From Nitrospirota bacterium (lineage in GTDB: Bacteria > Nitrospirota > Thermodesulfovibrionia > SZUA-242): DNA of 64,000 bases. Below are positions 19,464 to 28,693 of this stretch, piece by piece. The DNA lies in contig JACRHH010000035.1 in NCBI GenBank assembly GCA_016212095.1, positions 77,948 through 141,947 on the forward strand, in the 5' to 3' direction. A program made the translations under genes and the position numbers. A model generated the notes under the pieces. That model worked only from the letters and a program-made list of their open reading frames with translations, had not been told where the DNA came from and did no database searches. Numbering within the stretch: the stretch's first letter is position 1; every line of letters starts with the position of its first letter.

Positions 19464-20003
19464 CTAGAAGGCAAAGTCCAGCGTAAGCGAAAATGAATAG
19501 AGCGGCGTATCCGAGCCGCCTTCCTTCTTTGTTTCCACAAGCACAACGTTGTTTAACAGCTTCGAGCTCTTGAGGCTGTCGATATAGTTCACGATCTCGG
19601 CGTTCGAGAAGCTTTTGCCGACGACCTTGATCTGCCAGTTCGATTCATCGAGTGTCTCAAGCCATATTCCGTCCGTAAGGCGCCCCCCGATTTCATTGAG
19701 GAGGATGACAGGCGCGTTCTGGCTCTTTCCGAGCCGCTCTATAATCCCTTTCTTGCGCTCGAAATCCTTGTTGTTCTCCTCGTAGTTTTTAACCTCCTGG
19801 ATCTTTTGATCCAGTTCGTCGAGCCGCTGCTGATTCTGCGCCCGGCGCGTGGTATATTGCTTGACCTTGTCTGCCAGATAGTAATGGCCGTAGGCAATGC
19901 CGATGCCTGAAACCGTCAGAAGCAGAACGGCCATGACCACAAAAAGCGGAACCTGGGCCGGTTTTTTCTTCCGCTTGACCGACAGAAGGTTTATGCGGAT
20001 CAT
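19464..20003 (-). CDS. pilN: pilus assembly protein PilN
   Basis: MIRINLLSVKRKKK plus a TM segment, then a coiled-coil; conserved operon position. Confidence 0.8.
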   Translation of the reverse strand: MIRINLLSVKRKKKPAQVPLFVVMAVLLLTVSGIGIAYGHYYLADKVKQYTTRRAQNQQRLDELDQKIQEVKNYEENNKDFERKKGIIERLGKSQNAPVILLNEIGGRLTDGIWLETLDESNWQIKVVGKSFSNAEIVNYIDSLKSSKLLNNVVLVETKKEGGSDTPLYSFSLTLDFAF

Positions 20004-21085
20004 CTGTCGTTCAGTCTCCTGATTGCAAGCCCCAGAACAATAAGAAGCTGCGGCGCGGAGGCTGTGAGCATGTCCTTGTCGAGGCCGCGCGCAATGCTTA
20101 TGTTGCGGAACGGATCCATTATTTCCACAGGTATTCCGGTGATCTCCGTAACCCTCTGCGGAAACCCTTTCATTAGCGTGCAGCCGCCAGAAAGCATGAC
20201 CTTCTGGACGCTTTCGTGCATGAATGTGCCGCGGAAATAGTCTAGCGAGCGCGATATTTCGTTTATGATGTCGTCGGATGAGCTTTGGAGCGCCGCTTCG
20301 GCTTCATCAACTGCGATGCCGTCAACCGTGCCGCCGTGCTTCAGGCGCTCGGCCTCCTCGAAGGTGATTCCGAGTTCCTTCTGTATGGTTTCGGTTTGTA
20401 TGTCGCTTCCGACCGCGCTGTCGCGGGTGAAAACGCTGATTCCGCCCTTCAATATGTTCAGCGTGATGCGGCTTGCGCCCACGTTCACAAGCGCGATGTT
20501 CATGTCCGGCACGATGTCGTAGTTGACTTCGTAGGCGTTTTCGAGCGCGAACGCGTCCACGTCAACTATGGCCGGAACCAGACCGGCCTCCTGAACAACA
20601 GACACGTATTCGTTGATTTTGTCCTTTTTTACCGCAACCAGTATCACTTCCATCTGGCCGGGCGCCTCGGTGGGGCCCAGAATGTGAAAGTCGAGATTGA
20701 CATCCTCGATGTCGAAGGGGATGTACTGCTCGGCCTCGAAACGGATAGACTCCTGAAGCTCCTCCTCGGTCATTTCAGGAATAGTGATCCGCTTGATGAT
20801 GACGGATGAATGTCCAGATACCGAGATGGTTGCATTTCTCGTTTTGACGCCGAGCATCTGATGAAGAGTCTTGATTCCCTCCACGACGCGCAACGAATCG
20901 AGAATTGCTCCATCGACGATAAGCTCCGGCTCTATCGGAAGCATGGCGAAACGTTCAAGCGTGAAACCACGCGACGAATCGCGAACCTGCATGGCCTTCA
21001 TATAGCGTGCGCCTATGTCGAGGCCTATTATGTCCTGCCCCTTGAAGAGAGAAAGCCTGTCGCCAATTGCCTTAAGAAATGACAT
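20000..21085 (-). CDS. pilM: type IV pilus assembly ATPase-like protein PilM
   Basis: Actin-like fold motifs IGLDIGARYMKAMQV; the N-terminus aligns with the PilM LxGIDIGS region. Confidence 0.88.
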   Translation of the reverse strand: MSFLKAIGDRLSLFKGQDIIGLDIGARYMKAMQVRDSSRGFTLERFAMLPIEPELIVDGAILDSLRVVEGIKTLHQMLGVKTRNATISVSGHSSVIIKRITIPEMTEEELQESIRFEAEQYIPFDIEDVNLDFHILGPTEAPGQMEVILVAVKKDKINEYVSVVQEAGLVPAIVDVDAFALENAYEVNYDIVPDMNIALVNVGASRITLNILKGGISVFTRDSAVGSDIQTETIQKELGITFEEAERLKHGGTVDGIAVDEAEAALQSSSDDIINEISRSLDYFRGTFMHESVQKVMLSGGCTLMKGFPQRVTEITGIPVEIMDPFRNISIARGLDKDMLTASAPQLLIVLGLAIRRLNDR

Positions 21086-21091
21086 AGGGAA

Positions 21092-21120
21092 CTATTAGCA
21101 AAACGACCTTTCTTTGTCAA
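21092..21120 (-). promoter_or_regulatory. candidate sigma-70 promoter for pilM (TTGACA-N17-TAATAG, extended -10 TGC)
   Basis: On the minus strand: cTTGACAaagaaaggtcgttttgcTAATAGttccctATG; the -10 element lies about 6 nt before the ATG, implying a leaderless or very short leader transcript. Confidence 0.3.
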
Positions 21121-21249
21121 GATATTTCTTTTTTTGAAACAATCTGTTACGCGATTCTCTTAAAGGGTTCCTTCATGTTATGGAAAGCCCCTCCCGATCA
21201 TGCTGCCGGCTTTCTTTAGTCTTTGCCGCCGGTTTATTTATTATAATAG

Positions 21250-22977
21250 ATGCCTGATGAAAATATCGCGCAAAAAATGATACGCATACACCGCCTGCCG
21301 CTTGACGTCCAGAACCGCATAGCCGCCGGCGAGGTTGTGGAGCGCCCTGCTTCGGTTGTGAAGGAGCTGGTTGAAAACTCGGTTGACGCCGGAGCCTCCC
21401 GGATACGAATAGACCTAACCGCCGCCGGACGAAGGATGATCGCCATCGCCGACGACGGGACAGGCATGAGCCCGGAAGACGCCAGGCTTTCGCTCGAACG
21501 CTTCGCCACCAGCAAGATTTCGAACTCCGACGATCTTTTCGGCGTCTCGACGCTCGGATTCCGTGGCGAGGCGCTTGCCGCCATTTCGGCGGTTTCGCGC
21601 TTCACACTGATTACGGCGGAGCGCGGCGCAACCGCCGGAATACGCATATCGGTTGACGGCGGAACTATCTCCGACGAGCGTCCGGCGCCGCCGTCGGCTG
21701 GAACCGTGATCGAGGTTCGCGATCTTTTCTTCAACACGCCTGCCAGGCTGAAGTTCATGAAGTCCGAACCAACCGAGCTGTGGCGGGCGGCTGAGGCTGT
21801 GACCGAACGCGCGCTGGCGAACCCGAACATCGCTTTCAAGCTTGTAAACAACAGCAGCGCGCTTTTCGATCTTCCAGCCGCCGCGTCTTTAAACGACAGG
21901 ATAATTGATCTTTTCGGCGGCGAATTTGCCGACAGCCTGAAACCTGTGGAATACGCGGGCGCGGGCGTGAGCATCCGTGGCGTGGTGTCGATGCGGGAGC
22001 ATCATGCCACCAGGCGGCAGCAGTATCTGTTCGTAAACGGGAGGCCGGTTAGAAACGCCGCAGCCACGCAGCCGGTTTACCGCGCAATGCGCGGGCGCAT
22101 TCCTGACGGCAGGCATCCGGTGTTCATCCTGTTTGTCGAAGTTCCGGGAGACCAGGTCGATGTGAACGTTCACCCGACAAAGCAGGAGGTGCGATTCGCG
22201 CGGCCTGACGTTGTTGTGCAGGCGATGCACAGGTGTTTCGGGGGGGAATTCACGTCATCTGCCAAGGCAGATGAGACCGATCCATTCCATAAGTCGTATC
22301 CATCCCATTATTCCCATCAGACCGAACAACCCGCGCATGTCGCCGAAACAACAACTCTTTTCGGCGCAAGCTCCGGCTTGTTGGCCGAAGAGTTCGACAC
22401 ATTGCCTCCGGCGCGCCGGTTCATGCGCCTTGGCGGCCCCTTCATCGCCTTCCCGGAAGAAGGCGGCATCACCATAGTCGATTTCCACGCGGCCCACGAG
22501 CGGGTGCTTTACGAAAAGCTGATGTCGCGCAGTCCGGTTTCCGTGCCTTTTCTCATCCCGCTCACAGTTGAATTGCCGAGGGCGGCTGCCGGAATTCTGG
22601 CCGAAAACCTCGATCTTCTTGCCGGATTCGCCATGGAGGCGGAACCCTTCGGGCCGCATTCGTTCGTTGTCCGAGCCGCGCCGCCGGAACTCAAGCGTGA
22701 GCAAACGCAGGCGTTGCTGAACGATCTGGCTGGGCTTCTGGCCGGATTCACGGCTGACGCCGATGCCGGCGGCGGCAACGGGCTTCGCAGCGAGGCGGCG
22801 GCGCGTATCGCTTGCCACGAGGCTTTCCGTTCCGGCGACGCGATAAGCGATAACGACATCGAAGGCCTTCTGTCGCGGCTTGCTCCCTGTGAGCGGCCCG
22901 ACATCTGTCCGCACGGCAGGCCCACGACGATTAGGCTCTCCGGAAAAGACCTCTTCCGAATGTTCAAGCGCGCCTAA
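21250..22977 (+). CDS. mutL: DNA mismatch repair protein MutL
   Basis: RIAAGEVVERPASVVKELVENSVDAG (GHKL ATPase); C-terminal dimerisation domain; the true start may be the internal MIRIHRL at 21277. Confidence 0.9.
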   Translation: MPDENIAQKMIRIHRLPLDVQNRIAAGEVVERPASVVKELVENSVDAGASRIRIDLTAAGRRMIAIADDGTGMSPEDARLSLERFATSKISNSDDLFGVSTLGFRGEALAAISAVSRFTLITAERGATAGIRISVDGGTISDERPAPPSAGTVIEVRDLFFNTPARLKFMKSEPTELWRAAEAVTERALANPNIAFKLVNNSSALFDLPAAASLNDRIIDLFGGEFADSLKPVEYAGAGVSIRGVVSMREHHATRRQQYLFVNGRPVRNAAATQPVYRAMRGRIPDGRHPVFILFVEVPGDQVDVNVHPTKQEVRFARPDVVVQAMHRCFGGEFTSSAKADETDPFHKSYPSHYSHQTEQPAHVAETTTLFGASSGLLAEEFDTLPPARRFMRLGGPFIAFPEEGGITIVDFHAAHERVLYEKLMSRSPVSVPFLIPLTVELPRAAAGILAENLDLLAGFAMEAEPFGPHSFVVRAAPPELKREQTQALLNDLAGLLAGFTADADAGGGNGLRSEAAARIACHEAFRSGDAISDNDIEGLLSRLAPCERPDICPHGRPTTIRLSGKDLFRMFKRA

Positions 22978-22993
22978 GATCGAAAGTGGGTAA

Positions 22994-23914
22994 GTGCCGG
23001 ATAACACGGTAATAATCCTCTGCGGGCCGACAGCCGTCGGCAAAACGGCGTTGTCGGTTGCGCTTGCGCGCAGAATTAACGCTGAAATCATCTGCGCCGA
23101 TTCGATGGTTGTGTACCGGGGCATGGACATCGGCACGGCCAAGCCGTCGCCGGATGAGCAGGCCGACGTTCCGCACCATCTGATAGATGTCGCCGATCCC
23201 TCCGAAACATTCAGCGCGGCCAAGTTCCTTGCGCTGGCAACAGCCGCCATCGATGACATTGCTGCGCGCGGCAGGCTTCCGCTGGTTGCGGGCGGAACCG
23301 GCCTTTACGTAATGGCGCTCACCCACGGACTGCTCGACGCGCCTTCTAGCGATCCGGAAATTCTCTGTGCGCTGGAGCGGGAGGCGCGTGCATCCGGGCC
23401 GGAAGTCCTCCACCGCAGGCTTGCCGCAGTCGATCATGAATCCGCCCGTCGCATTCATTGCAAAGATGCAAAACGCATTGTCCGCGCCCTTGCCGTATGG
23501 ATGGAGCATGGAGTTACGATAAGCCGGTTGCAGGCCATGCAGCCGAAGCCTCCGCCTTATGATTTCATTCGAATTTGTCTGACCAGAGACCGCGCCGAGC
23601 TTTGCGCGCGCATAAACAGACGCGTGGATGAGATGATCGCCGACGGACTTGTGGATGAGACTCGACGCGTGATCGCAGGCGGCGCTTCGCGCTCAGCCAT
23701 GCAGGGGCTTGGCTACAAGGAAATTGGCGAATATCTCGCGGGCCGTGCCACGCTCGACGAAGCAGCAGAAATGATCCGCGCAAGAACGCGGCTATTTGCC
23801 AAACGTCAGATGACCTGGTTCCGGCGCGATACGTCCATGAGATTCGTTGACATCACCGGTCTGGTGCGCGCCGAAGAGATGCTTGCGGCTGTTCTTGACA
23901 ACGTCGCGGTCTAG
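22994..23914 (+). CDS. miaA: tRNA dimethylallyltransferase
   Basis: P-loop ILCGPTAVGKTALSVALA...EIICADSMVVYRGMDIGTAKP. Confidence 0.92.
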   Translation: MPDNTVIILCGPTAVGKTALSVALARRINAEIICADSMVVYRGMDIGTAKPSPDEQADVPHHLIDVADPSETFSAAKFLALATAAIDDIAARGRLPLVAGGTGLYVMALTHGLLDAPSSDPEILCALEREARASGPEVLHRRLAAVDHESARRIHCKDAKRIVRALAVWMEHGVTISRLQAMQPKPPPYDFIRICLTRDRAELCARINRRVDEMIADGLVDETRRVIAGGASRSAMQGLGYKEIGEYLAGRATLDEAAEMIRARTRLFAKRQMTWFRRDTSMRFVDITGLVRAEEMLAAVLDNVAV

Positions 23915-24109
23915 GCTAAGATTGAGTTTCATGAGGCAATCGCGGCTGGGGTGACCGCTTGTTTCACATGAATTTTTTTATTGCCTGCGGCGTTGAGGTT
24001 GTATTATCGTATCACCCACGCCTCAAGTTGTGTGCGGGCCGCGTTTCGCCGCGACAGTCTTCATTCTTTTCAATGCTGTTATACGGCGGCATGAGCCGCC
24101 GCCAATAAG

Positions 24110-25015
24110 ATGCAAGGAGGGCTTATGAAGTTGTCAAAAGCTGCCCTTCTTCTTCTGGCTATCGCGCTGCCGGTTTCGGCGGGCGCGGCAGAGGAGAAGA
24201 AGGCAAAAACGGTCGATGAACTGGCCAGCATGTATGATGTGTCATCGTGCAAGACCTGTCATCCCCAGGTTTACGAGGAATGGGAGAAGTCGATTCACGC
24301 CCGTTCACTCATCGGAACGCCACGAACAATGGCCACGATCAAGACGGCCATCACCGACGGCATGATGAAGGAGTGGACAAAGTCCGGTGTCAAGGAAGTC
24401 AAGGACATCAAGGTTGAGCACATGTGGGCGTGCCTCAAGTGCCACCTCCCGCAACTAAAGGATGCAACCGATGACGTTGCCCGCGAGATCGCCAAGGCGG
24501 TGCTCGACGGCGATGAGGACACGCTTGAGAAGGTGAACATCAACTGCCTTGTCTGTCACAACATGAAGGCGCTCACCCATAAGTGGGTAGATGGTGAGCC
24601 GGAAAAGAATGTCGTGTACGGCACAAAGGACGGTTCGCACGCGGACAGGGCGTTCAAGTCCCTCAAGAAGAGCCCGATCATGCAGGAGTCTATCCTGTGC
24701 GGCCAGTGCCACGGACTCGGCCCCAATTTCGATCTTGCGGAGCCGACGCAGTGCGCCACGCTCTACGGCAGTTACCTGCACGCCTATGTGCCTTCCGGCG
24801 GTTCAGAAACCTGCCAGGATTGCCACATGAAGAACAACAAGAAGGGACATCTGATGCCTGCCTACCGCGATCCGGATCAGGCAAAGAGCGCGGTTGATGT
24901 TGATGTAAGCACAATGTCTTACTATTTCCTTCCGAAGGCCGGGGATTCGGTGCCGACAGCGGTTGTGACGGTCAAGATGACCAGCAACGCCGGACACCGC
25001 ATCCCCGATGGCTGA
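24110..25015 (+). CDS. pentaheme c-type cytochrome (secreted), terminated by an in-frame TGA
   Basis: Signal peptide; five CxxCH motifs (CKTCH, CLKCH, CLVCH, CGQCH, CQDCH); ends ...NAGHRIPDG with TGA at 25013-25015. Confidence 0.8.
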   Translation: MQGGLMKLSKAALLLLAIALPVSAGAAEEKKAKTVDELASMYDVSSCKTCHPQVYEEWEKSIHARSLIGTPRTMATIKTAITDGMMKEWTKSGVKEVKDIKVEHMWACLKCHLPQLKDATDDVAREIAKAVLDGDEDTLEKVNINCLVCHNMKALTHKWVDGEPEKNVVYGTKDGSHADRAFKSLKKSPIMQESILCGQCHGLGPNFDLAEPTQCATLYGSYLHAYVPSGGSETCQDCHMKNNKKGHLMPAYRDPDQAKSAVDVDVSTMSYYFLPKAGDSVPTAVVTVKMTSNAGHRIPDG

Positions 25016-25411
25016 CCGTCTCCGAACCGAGTGGTCCTGGATGTGACCGCAAAAACCAAAGACGGCAAAGAGGTATTCAACGCTTCCAAGATTTACATGC
25101 CCCAGTCGCCGGGATACGGCAGGGGCGACAAGATGGCCTACGGCCCGTTCCGCAAGTCCGGAATGCTCCGCGACACCAGCCTTCAGCCGGGCCAGACCCG
25201 CACCGAAACATTCGAGATCAAGTTCCCGTATGAGGACGTGAAGAAGGACGAAAAGACGACCGTTCGCAATGTGATGGCCAAGGAGATGGATGTGACTGTG
25301 AAGCTCATGCATCTGCCCGCCGGCGGCGATCACCGCGACGACGAGAAAGTGCCTGTGAACAAGGGCAAGTACATGTTCTACGAAGGCACGAAGACAGTTA
25401 AACTCAAGTAG
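25016..25411 (+). CDS. ORF in the same frame directly after the cytochrome TGA (probable C-terminal domain of the cytochrome, or a separate small protein)
   Basis: Same reading frame as 24110-25015, separated only by the TGA; no signal peptide or ATG (first possible start is GTG at 25031); no RBS. Confidence 0.4.
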   Translation, partial: PSPNRVVLDVTAKTKDGKEVFNASKIYMPQSPGYGRGDKMAYGPFRKSGMLRDTSLQPGQTRTETFEIKFPYEDVKKDEKTTVRNVMAKEMDVTVKLMHLPAGGDHRDDEKVPVNKGKYMFYEGTKTVKLK

Positions 25412-25415
25412 TAGT

Positions 25416-25442
25416 CAATATCTCGCAGGGGCGGATTGATTC
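25416..25442 (+). terminator. stem-loop terminator after the cytochrome locus
   Basis: GCAGGGGCGGAttgattCCGCCCCTGC, a perfect 11-bp stem. Confidence 0.55.
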
Positions 25443-25462
25443 CGCCCCTGCAACACCTTTCC

Positions 25463-25491
25463 TTGAACATGATACCGTCATGTGATACTAT
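25463..25491 (+). promoter_or_regulatory. candidate sigma-70 promoter of hicAB (TTGAAC-N17-TACTAT)
   Basis: 17-nt spacer; the -10 element ends 6 nt before the GTG start at 25498, suggesting a leaderless transcript. Confidence 0.45.
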
Positions 25492-25497
25492 TCACCT

Positions 25498-25752
25498 GTG
25501 AACAGCAGCCACCGAAAAACATTGCAGGCGGTTTTTTCTGAGCCGACGCAGTCGGGTATTCCGTGGAAAGACATCGAGGCGTTGATCTTGGCCGCGGGCG
25601 CAGTCCGGTCGGAAGGCTCCGGTTCACGGGTTCGCTTTCTTCTGAACGGCGTGCCGGGCGTTTTTCACCGTCCGCATCCGCGCAAGGAGACGAACAAGGG
25701 CGCTGTGGAGTCTGTGCGGAAATTCCTTAAAGACGCGGGAGTAGAGCCATGA
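25498..25752 (+). CDS. hicA: HicA-family toxin (YcfA-like mRNA interferase)
   Basis: NSSHRKTLQAVFSEPTQSGIPWKDIEALILAAGA...GSGSRVRF...FHRPHP resembles the extended HicA family; GTG start. Confidence 0.7.
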   Translation: MNSSHRKTLQAVFSEPTQSGIPWKDIEALILAAGAVRSEGSGSRVRFLLNGVPGVFHRPHPRKETNKGAVESVRKFLKDAGVEP

Positions 25753-26081
25753 TGGAGTACAAGGGATATTACGGTGTAGTGCGGTTCGATGATGACGCCG
25801 AAATTTTTCACGGCGATGTCCTGCTTGCAAGAGGGGCGGTAACGTTTCAGGGTGAAACAGTAGCGGAACTCAAGCAGGCTTTTATGGATTCGGTTGACGA
25901 GTATCTGTCATTCTGCAATGAATCCGGAATCGAACCGGAGAAGCCTTTCTCCGGTCGGCTTGTGCTCCGCATGAAGCCGGAGTTGCACAGGGCAATCGCG
26001 GTTGCGGCGAAACGCGCCAACAAAAGCCTTAACGAGCTTATCACGCGAAAGCTTGAGGAGGAATTCGGCATCGCAGCCTGA
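25749..26081 (+). CDS. hicB: HicB-family antitoxin (with C-terminal RHH-like DNA-binding region)
   Basis: MMEYKGYYGVVRFDDDAEIFHGDVL...GIEPEKPFSGRLVLRMKPELHRAIAVAAKRANKSLNELI; ATGA overlap with hicA. Confidence 0.75.
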   Translation: MMEYKGYYGVVRFDDDAEIFHGDVLLARGAVTFQGETVAELKQAFMDSVDEYLSFCNESGIEPEKPFSGRLVLRMKPELHRAIAVAAKRANKSLNELITRKLEEEFGIAA

Positions 26082-26107
26082 CATTCCCCCCACAGCAAGC
26101 CTCCCGC

Positions 26108-28390
26108 CTATACTCCCGCCTCTTCCTTGTGTCCGCATTCCTTGATGCGGCAGGCATACGAAAGCCTGTTGTCCTTCGACCATCGCTCCAGCATGAACGG
26201 CGCGTTGCACTTGGGGCACGGCTTTGGAACCGGCCTGCTCCAGACGGCGAACTTGCATTCCGGATAGTTCGAGCAACTGTAGAAAGAGCGTCCGCCGCGC
26301 CCCCTTCGCTCCACCAGCTCGCCGCCGTCTTCCGGGCATTGAACCCCGGTCTTGAGCGGCTTGGTGGCCTTGCAATCCGGATACCCGGAACAGGCCAGGA
26401 ACTTGCCGAACTTGCCGGTGCGAAGAAGCATTGGCTTGCCGCACTTGTCGCAGACCTCGTCGGTCTGCTCCGGTTCCGGCCGTGCCGCCTGCGCCTCACC
26501 GGCAAGCGGCTTGGCGTTCTTGCAGTCGGGGTAGCCGGTGCAGGCGATGAACCTGCCGTGACGCCCCCATCGCTCCACCATCGGCTTGCCGCACTTGTCG
26601 CAGACCTCGCCCGTTTCCTTGTCCTCAGGCTTCACGCGCTTGATCTCGCCGGCCTTTTCCAGCTTTTCGCTGAACGGGCCGTAGAAATCCTTCACAACAT
26701 CCACCCACTTCATGGTGCCTTCCTCGACAAGATCGAGCTCGTTTTCCATGCGCGCGGTGAAGTCGTAATCGATAAGCTCGGCGAAATGGCCCACGAGCAT
26801 GTCGTTGACCACAACCCCCAGCTCGGTTGGCGCAAACCGGCCTTCCTTCTTCTCTACGTATTTCCTGTCCTGAATGGTGGAGATGATCGCGGCGTAGGTG
26901 CTTGGCCGTCCAATGCCCTTTTCCTCAAGCTCCTTCACGATTGTCGCCTCTGTAAATCGCGGCGGCGGCTGTGTGAAGTGCTGTTTTGGCTCTATCGACA
27001 GCGCTTCCAGCTTCGCTCCCTCTGAAAGCGCTGGAAGCACGCCCTCTTTGTTCTCGTCATCCTCGTTGGCCGCCTCGTCACGCCCTTCGGTGTAGATGGT
27101 CATGAAGCCGGGGAAACGCACAACCGTACCCGCGGCGCGGAAGGTGTAGTCGCCGGAATCGATGTCGAACGCGGTCTGATCCAGCACCGCCGGAGCCATC
27201 TGGCTCGCAAGAAAGCGGTTCCAGATGAGGGTGTAGAGCTTCTGCTGGTCGCGGGTCAGATGCGGTTTCACGGAATCTGGATCGCGCATGACGGATGTGG
27301 GACGCACCGCTTCGTGGCCCTCCTGCGCTCCCTTGCCGGACTTGTAGACAGGCGGCTTTTGCGGCAGATACGGCTTGCCGTATTTCGTTTCGATAAACTC
27401 GCGCGCCTCGGTTTTTGCCTCGTCGGCCACGCGGACAGAGTCTGTTCTCATGTAGGTGATGATACCGACGGCTCCTTCGGTTCCAAGCTCCACGCCCTCG
27501 TAGAGCTGCTGGGCCAGCATCATCGTCTTTTTCGCGCCGAAGCCGAGCTTTCGCGCCGACTCCTGCTGAAGCTTGCTTGTGGTAAACGGCGCAGCCGGAT
27601 TGCGCTTGCGCTCCTTGCGCTCGATCTTCGAAAGAACGAACTGTCCTGCCGCGCGTATTCCGTCAAGCGCGCCGTTGACAATTTCCTCGTTCGGAAGCTC
27701 TAACTTTCTGCCAAGGTATTTGGCAAGCTTCGCCTCGAACGCGGGCGGTTCCGCGCCCTGCAACCGCGCGGTTACGCTCCAGTATTCTTCGGCGTTGAAC
27801 GCCGTTATTTCTCGCTCGCGGTCAACCACCATCTTTACCGCAACCGACTGCACGCGGCCTGCCGACAGCCCGCGACGGACTTTTCGCCAGAGAAGCGGGC
27901 TCAGGTTGTATCCGACAAGCCTGTCCAGAACGCGCCGGGCCTGCTGCGCCTCAACCCTGTCCATGTTGATCCGTCCCGGATGCTTCATCGCCTCCAGAAT
28001 GGCATCTTTGGTGATCTCGTTGAAGGTGACGCGGAAAACGTTGTCGTTCTTCGCGCCGATTTCTTCGGCGATATGCCACGCGATGGCCTCTCCCTCGCGG
28101 TCGGGGTCAGGGCAGAGATAGATTGCGTCGGATTTCTTCGCGAGCGAGCGCAGGCCGCCGATAACCTCTTCCTTGCCCTTGATGACAACGTAATCGGGCG
28201 CAAAGCCGTTTTCGATGTCTATGCCGATCTTGCCGCTCGGCAGATCGCGTACATGGCCAACCGAAGCCTTGACCACATATTCGGAGCCCAGAAACTTGTT
28301 TATGGTCTTCGCCTTCGCGGGCGATTCCACGATAACGAGCGATTTGGCCCGCCCGGCCTTTTCCTTAGTGCCAGTTGATTTCGTGTCCAT
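26108..28390 (-). CDS. topA: DNA topoisomerase I with C-terminal zinc-ribbon repeats
   Basis: SLVIVESPAKAKTINKFLG (TOPRIM) and the catalytic Tyr region; four C4 zinc fingers (CDKCGKPM...C.GYPDC); start chosen at MDTKST. Confidence 0.92.
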   Translation of the reverse strand: MDTKSTGTKEKAGRAKSLVIVESPAKAKTINKFLGSEYVVKASVGHVRDLPSGKIGIDIENGFAPDYVVIKGKEEVIGGLRSLAKKSDAIYLCPDPDREGEAIAWHIAEEIGAKNDNVFRVTFNEITKDAILEAMKHPGRINMDRVEAQQARRVLDRLVGYNLSPLLWRKVRRGLSAGRVQSVAVKMVVDREREITAFNAEEYWSVTARLQGAEPPAFEAKLAKYLGRKLELPNEEIVNGALDGIRAAGQFVLSKIERKERKRNPAAPFTTSKLQQESARKLGFGAKKTMMLAQQLYEGVELGTEGAVGIITYMRTDSVRVADEAKTEAREFIETKYGKPYLPQKPPVYKSGKGAQEGHEAVRPTSVMRDPDSVKPHLTRDQQKLYTLIWNRFLASQMAPAVLDQTAFDIDSGDYTFRAAGTVVRFPGFMTIYTEGRDEAANEDDENKEGVLPALSEGAKLEALSIEPKQHFTQPPPRFTEATIVKELEEKGIGRPSTYAAIISTIQDRKYVEKKEGRFAPTELGVVVNDMLVGHFAELIDYDFTARMENELDLVEEGTMKWVDVVKDFYGPFSEKLEKAGEIKRVKPEDKETGEVCDKCGKPMVERWGRHGRFIACTGYPDCKNAKPLAGEAQAARPEPEQTDEVCDKCGKPMLLRTGKFGKFLACSGYPDCKATKPLKTGVQCPEDGGELVERRGRGGRSFYSCSNYPECKFAVWSRPVPKPCPKCNAPFMLERWSKDNRLSYACRIKECGHKEEAGV

Positions 28391-28661
28391 CAGCAAATAG
28401 CAGGCTGCAGGTATAGTCCCTGTCGAAGCCAAACCCCCGTGTTAATATCAGGAACAGGATCGCCCGAATCCTGTCCAGTTCCGCGCCATCAAGCGTCGGG
28501 AACATGCTTTCAAGCGAGATGGAGGCATGACGCCTGATAAACTCCATCCGGGCCCGGTTCTGTATGAGCATACGGAGATGCTCCATATTCTCCGGCTGTA
28601 TCTCCTCAAAGTCCGTCTCGTTGGCGATCAGTTCGATCATGTCAAGTATCTTGGATGCCAA
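28365..28661 (-). CDS. hypothetical small protein between dprA and topA
   Basis: 98-aa ORF with no recognised motif; its 3' end overlaps the topA start by about 26 nt; weak call. Confidence 0.3.
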   Translation of the reverse strand: MASKILDMIELIANETDFEEIQPENMEHLRMLIQNRARMEFIRRHASISLESMFPTLDGAELDRIRAILFLILTRGFGFDRDYTCSLLFADGHEINWH

Positions 28662-28693
28662 TTATCTCCTCGCTCCGGATGTCCACCGCAAAG

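Noticed and set aside
26129-28121. Plus-strand ORFs inside topA (26129-27025, 27260-27703, 27573-28121)
   Set aside because: Antisense to topA, which has unambiguous TOPRIM and zinc-ribbon motifs.
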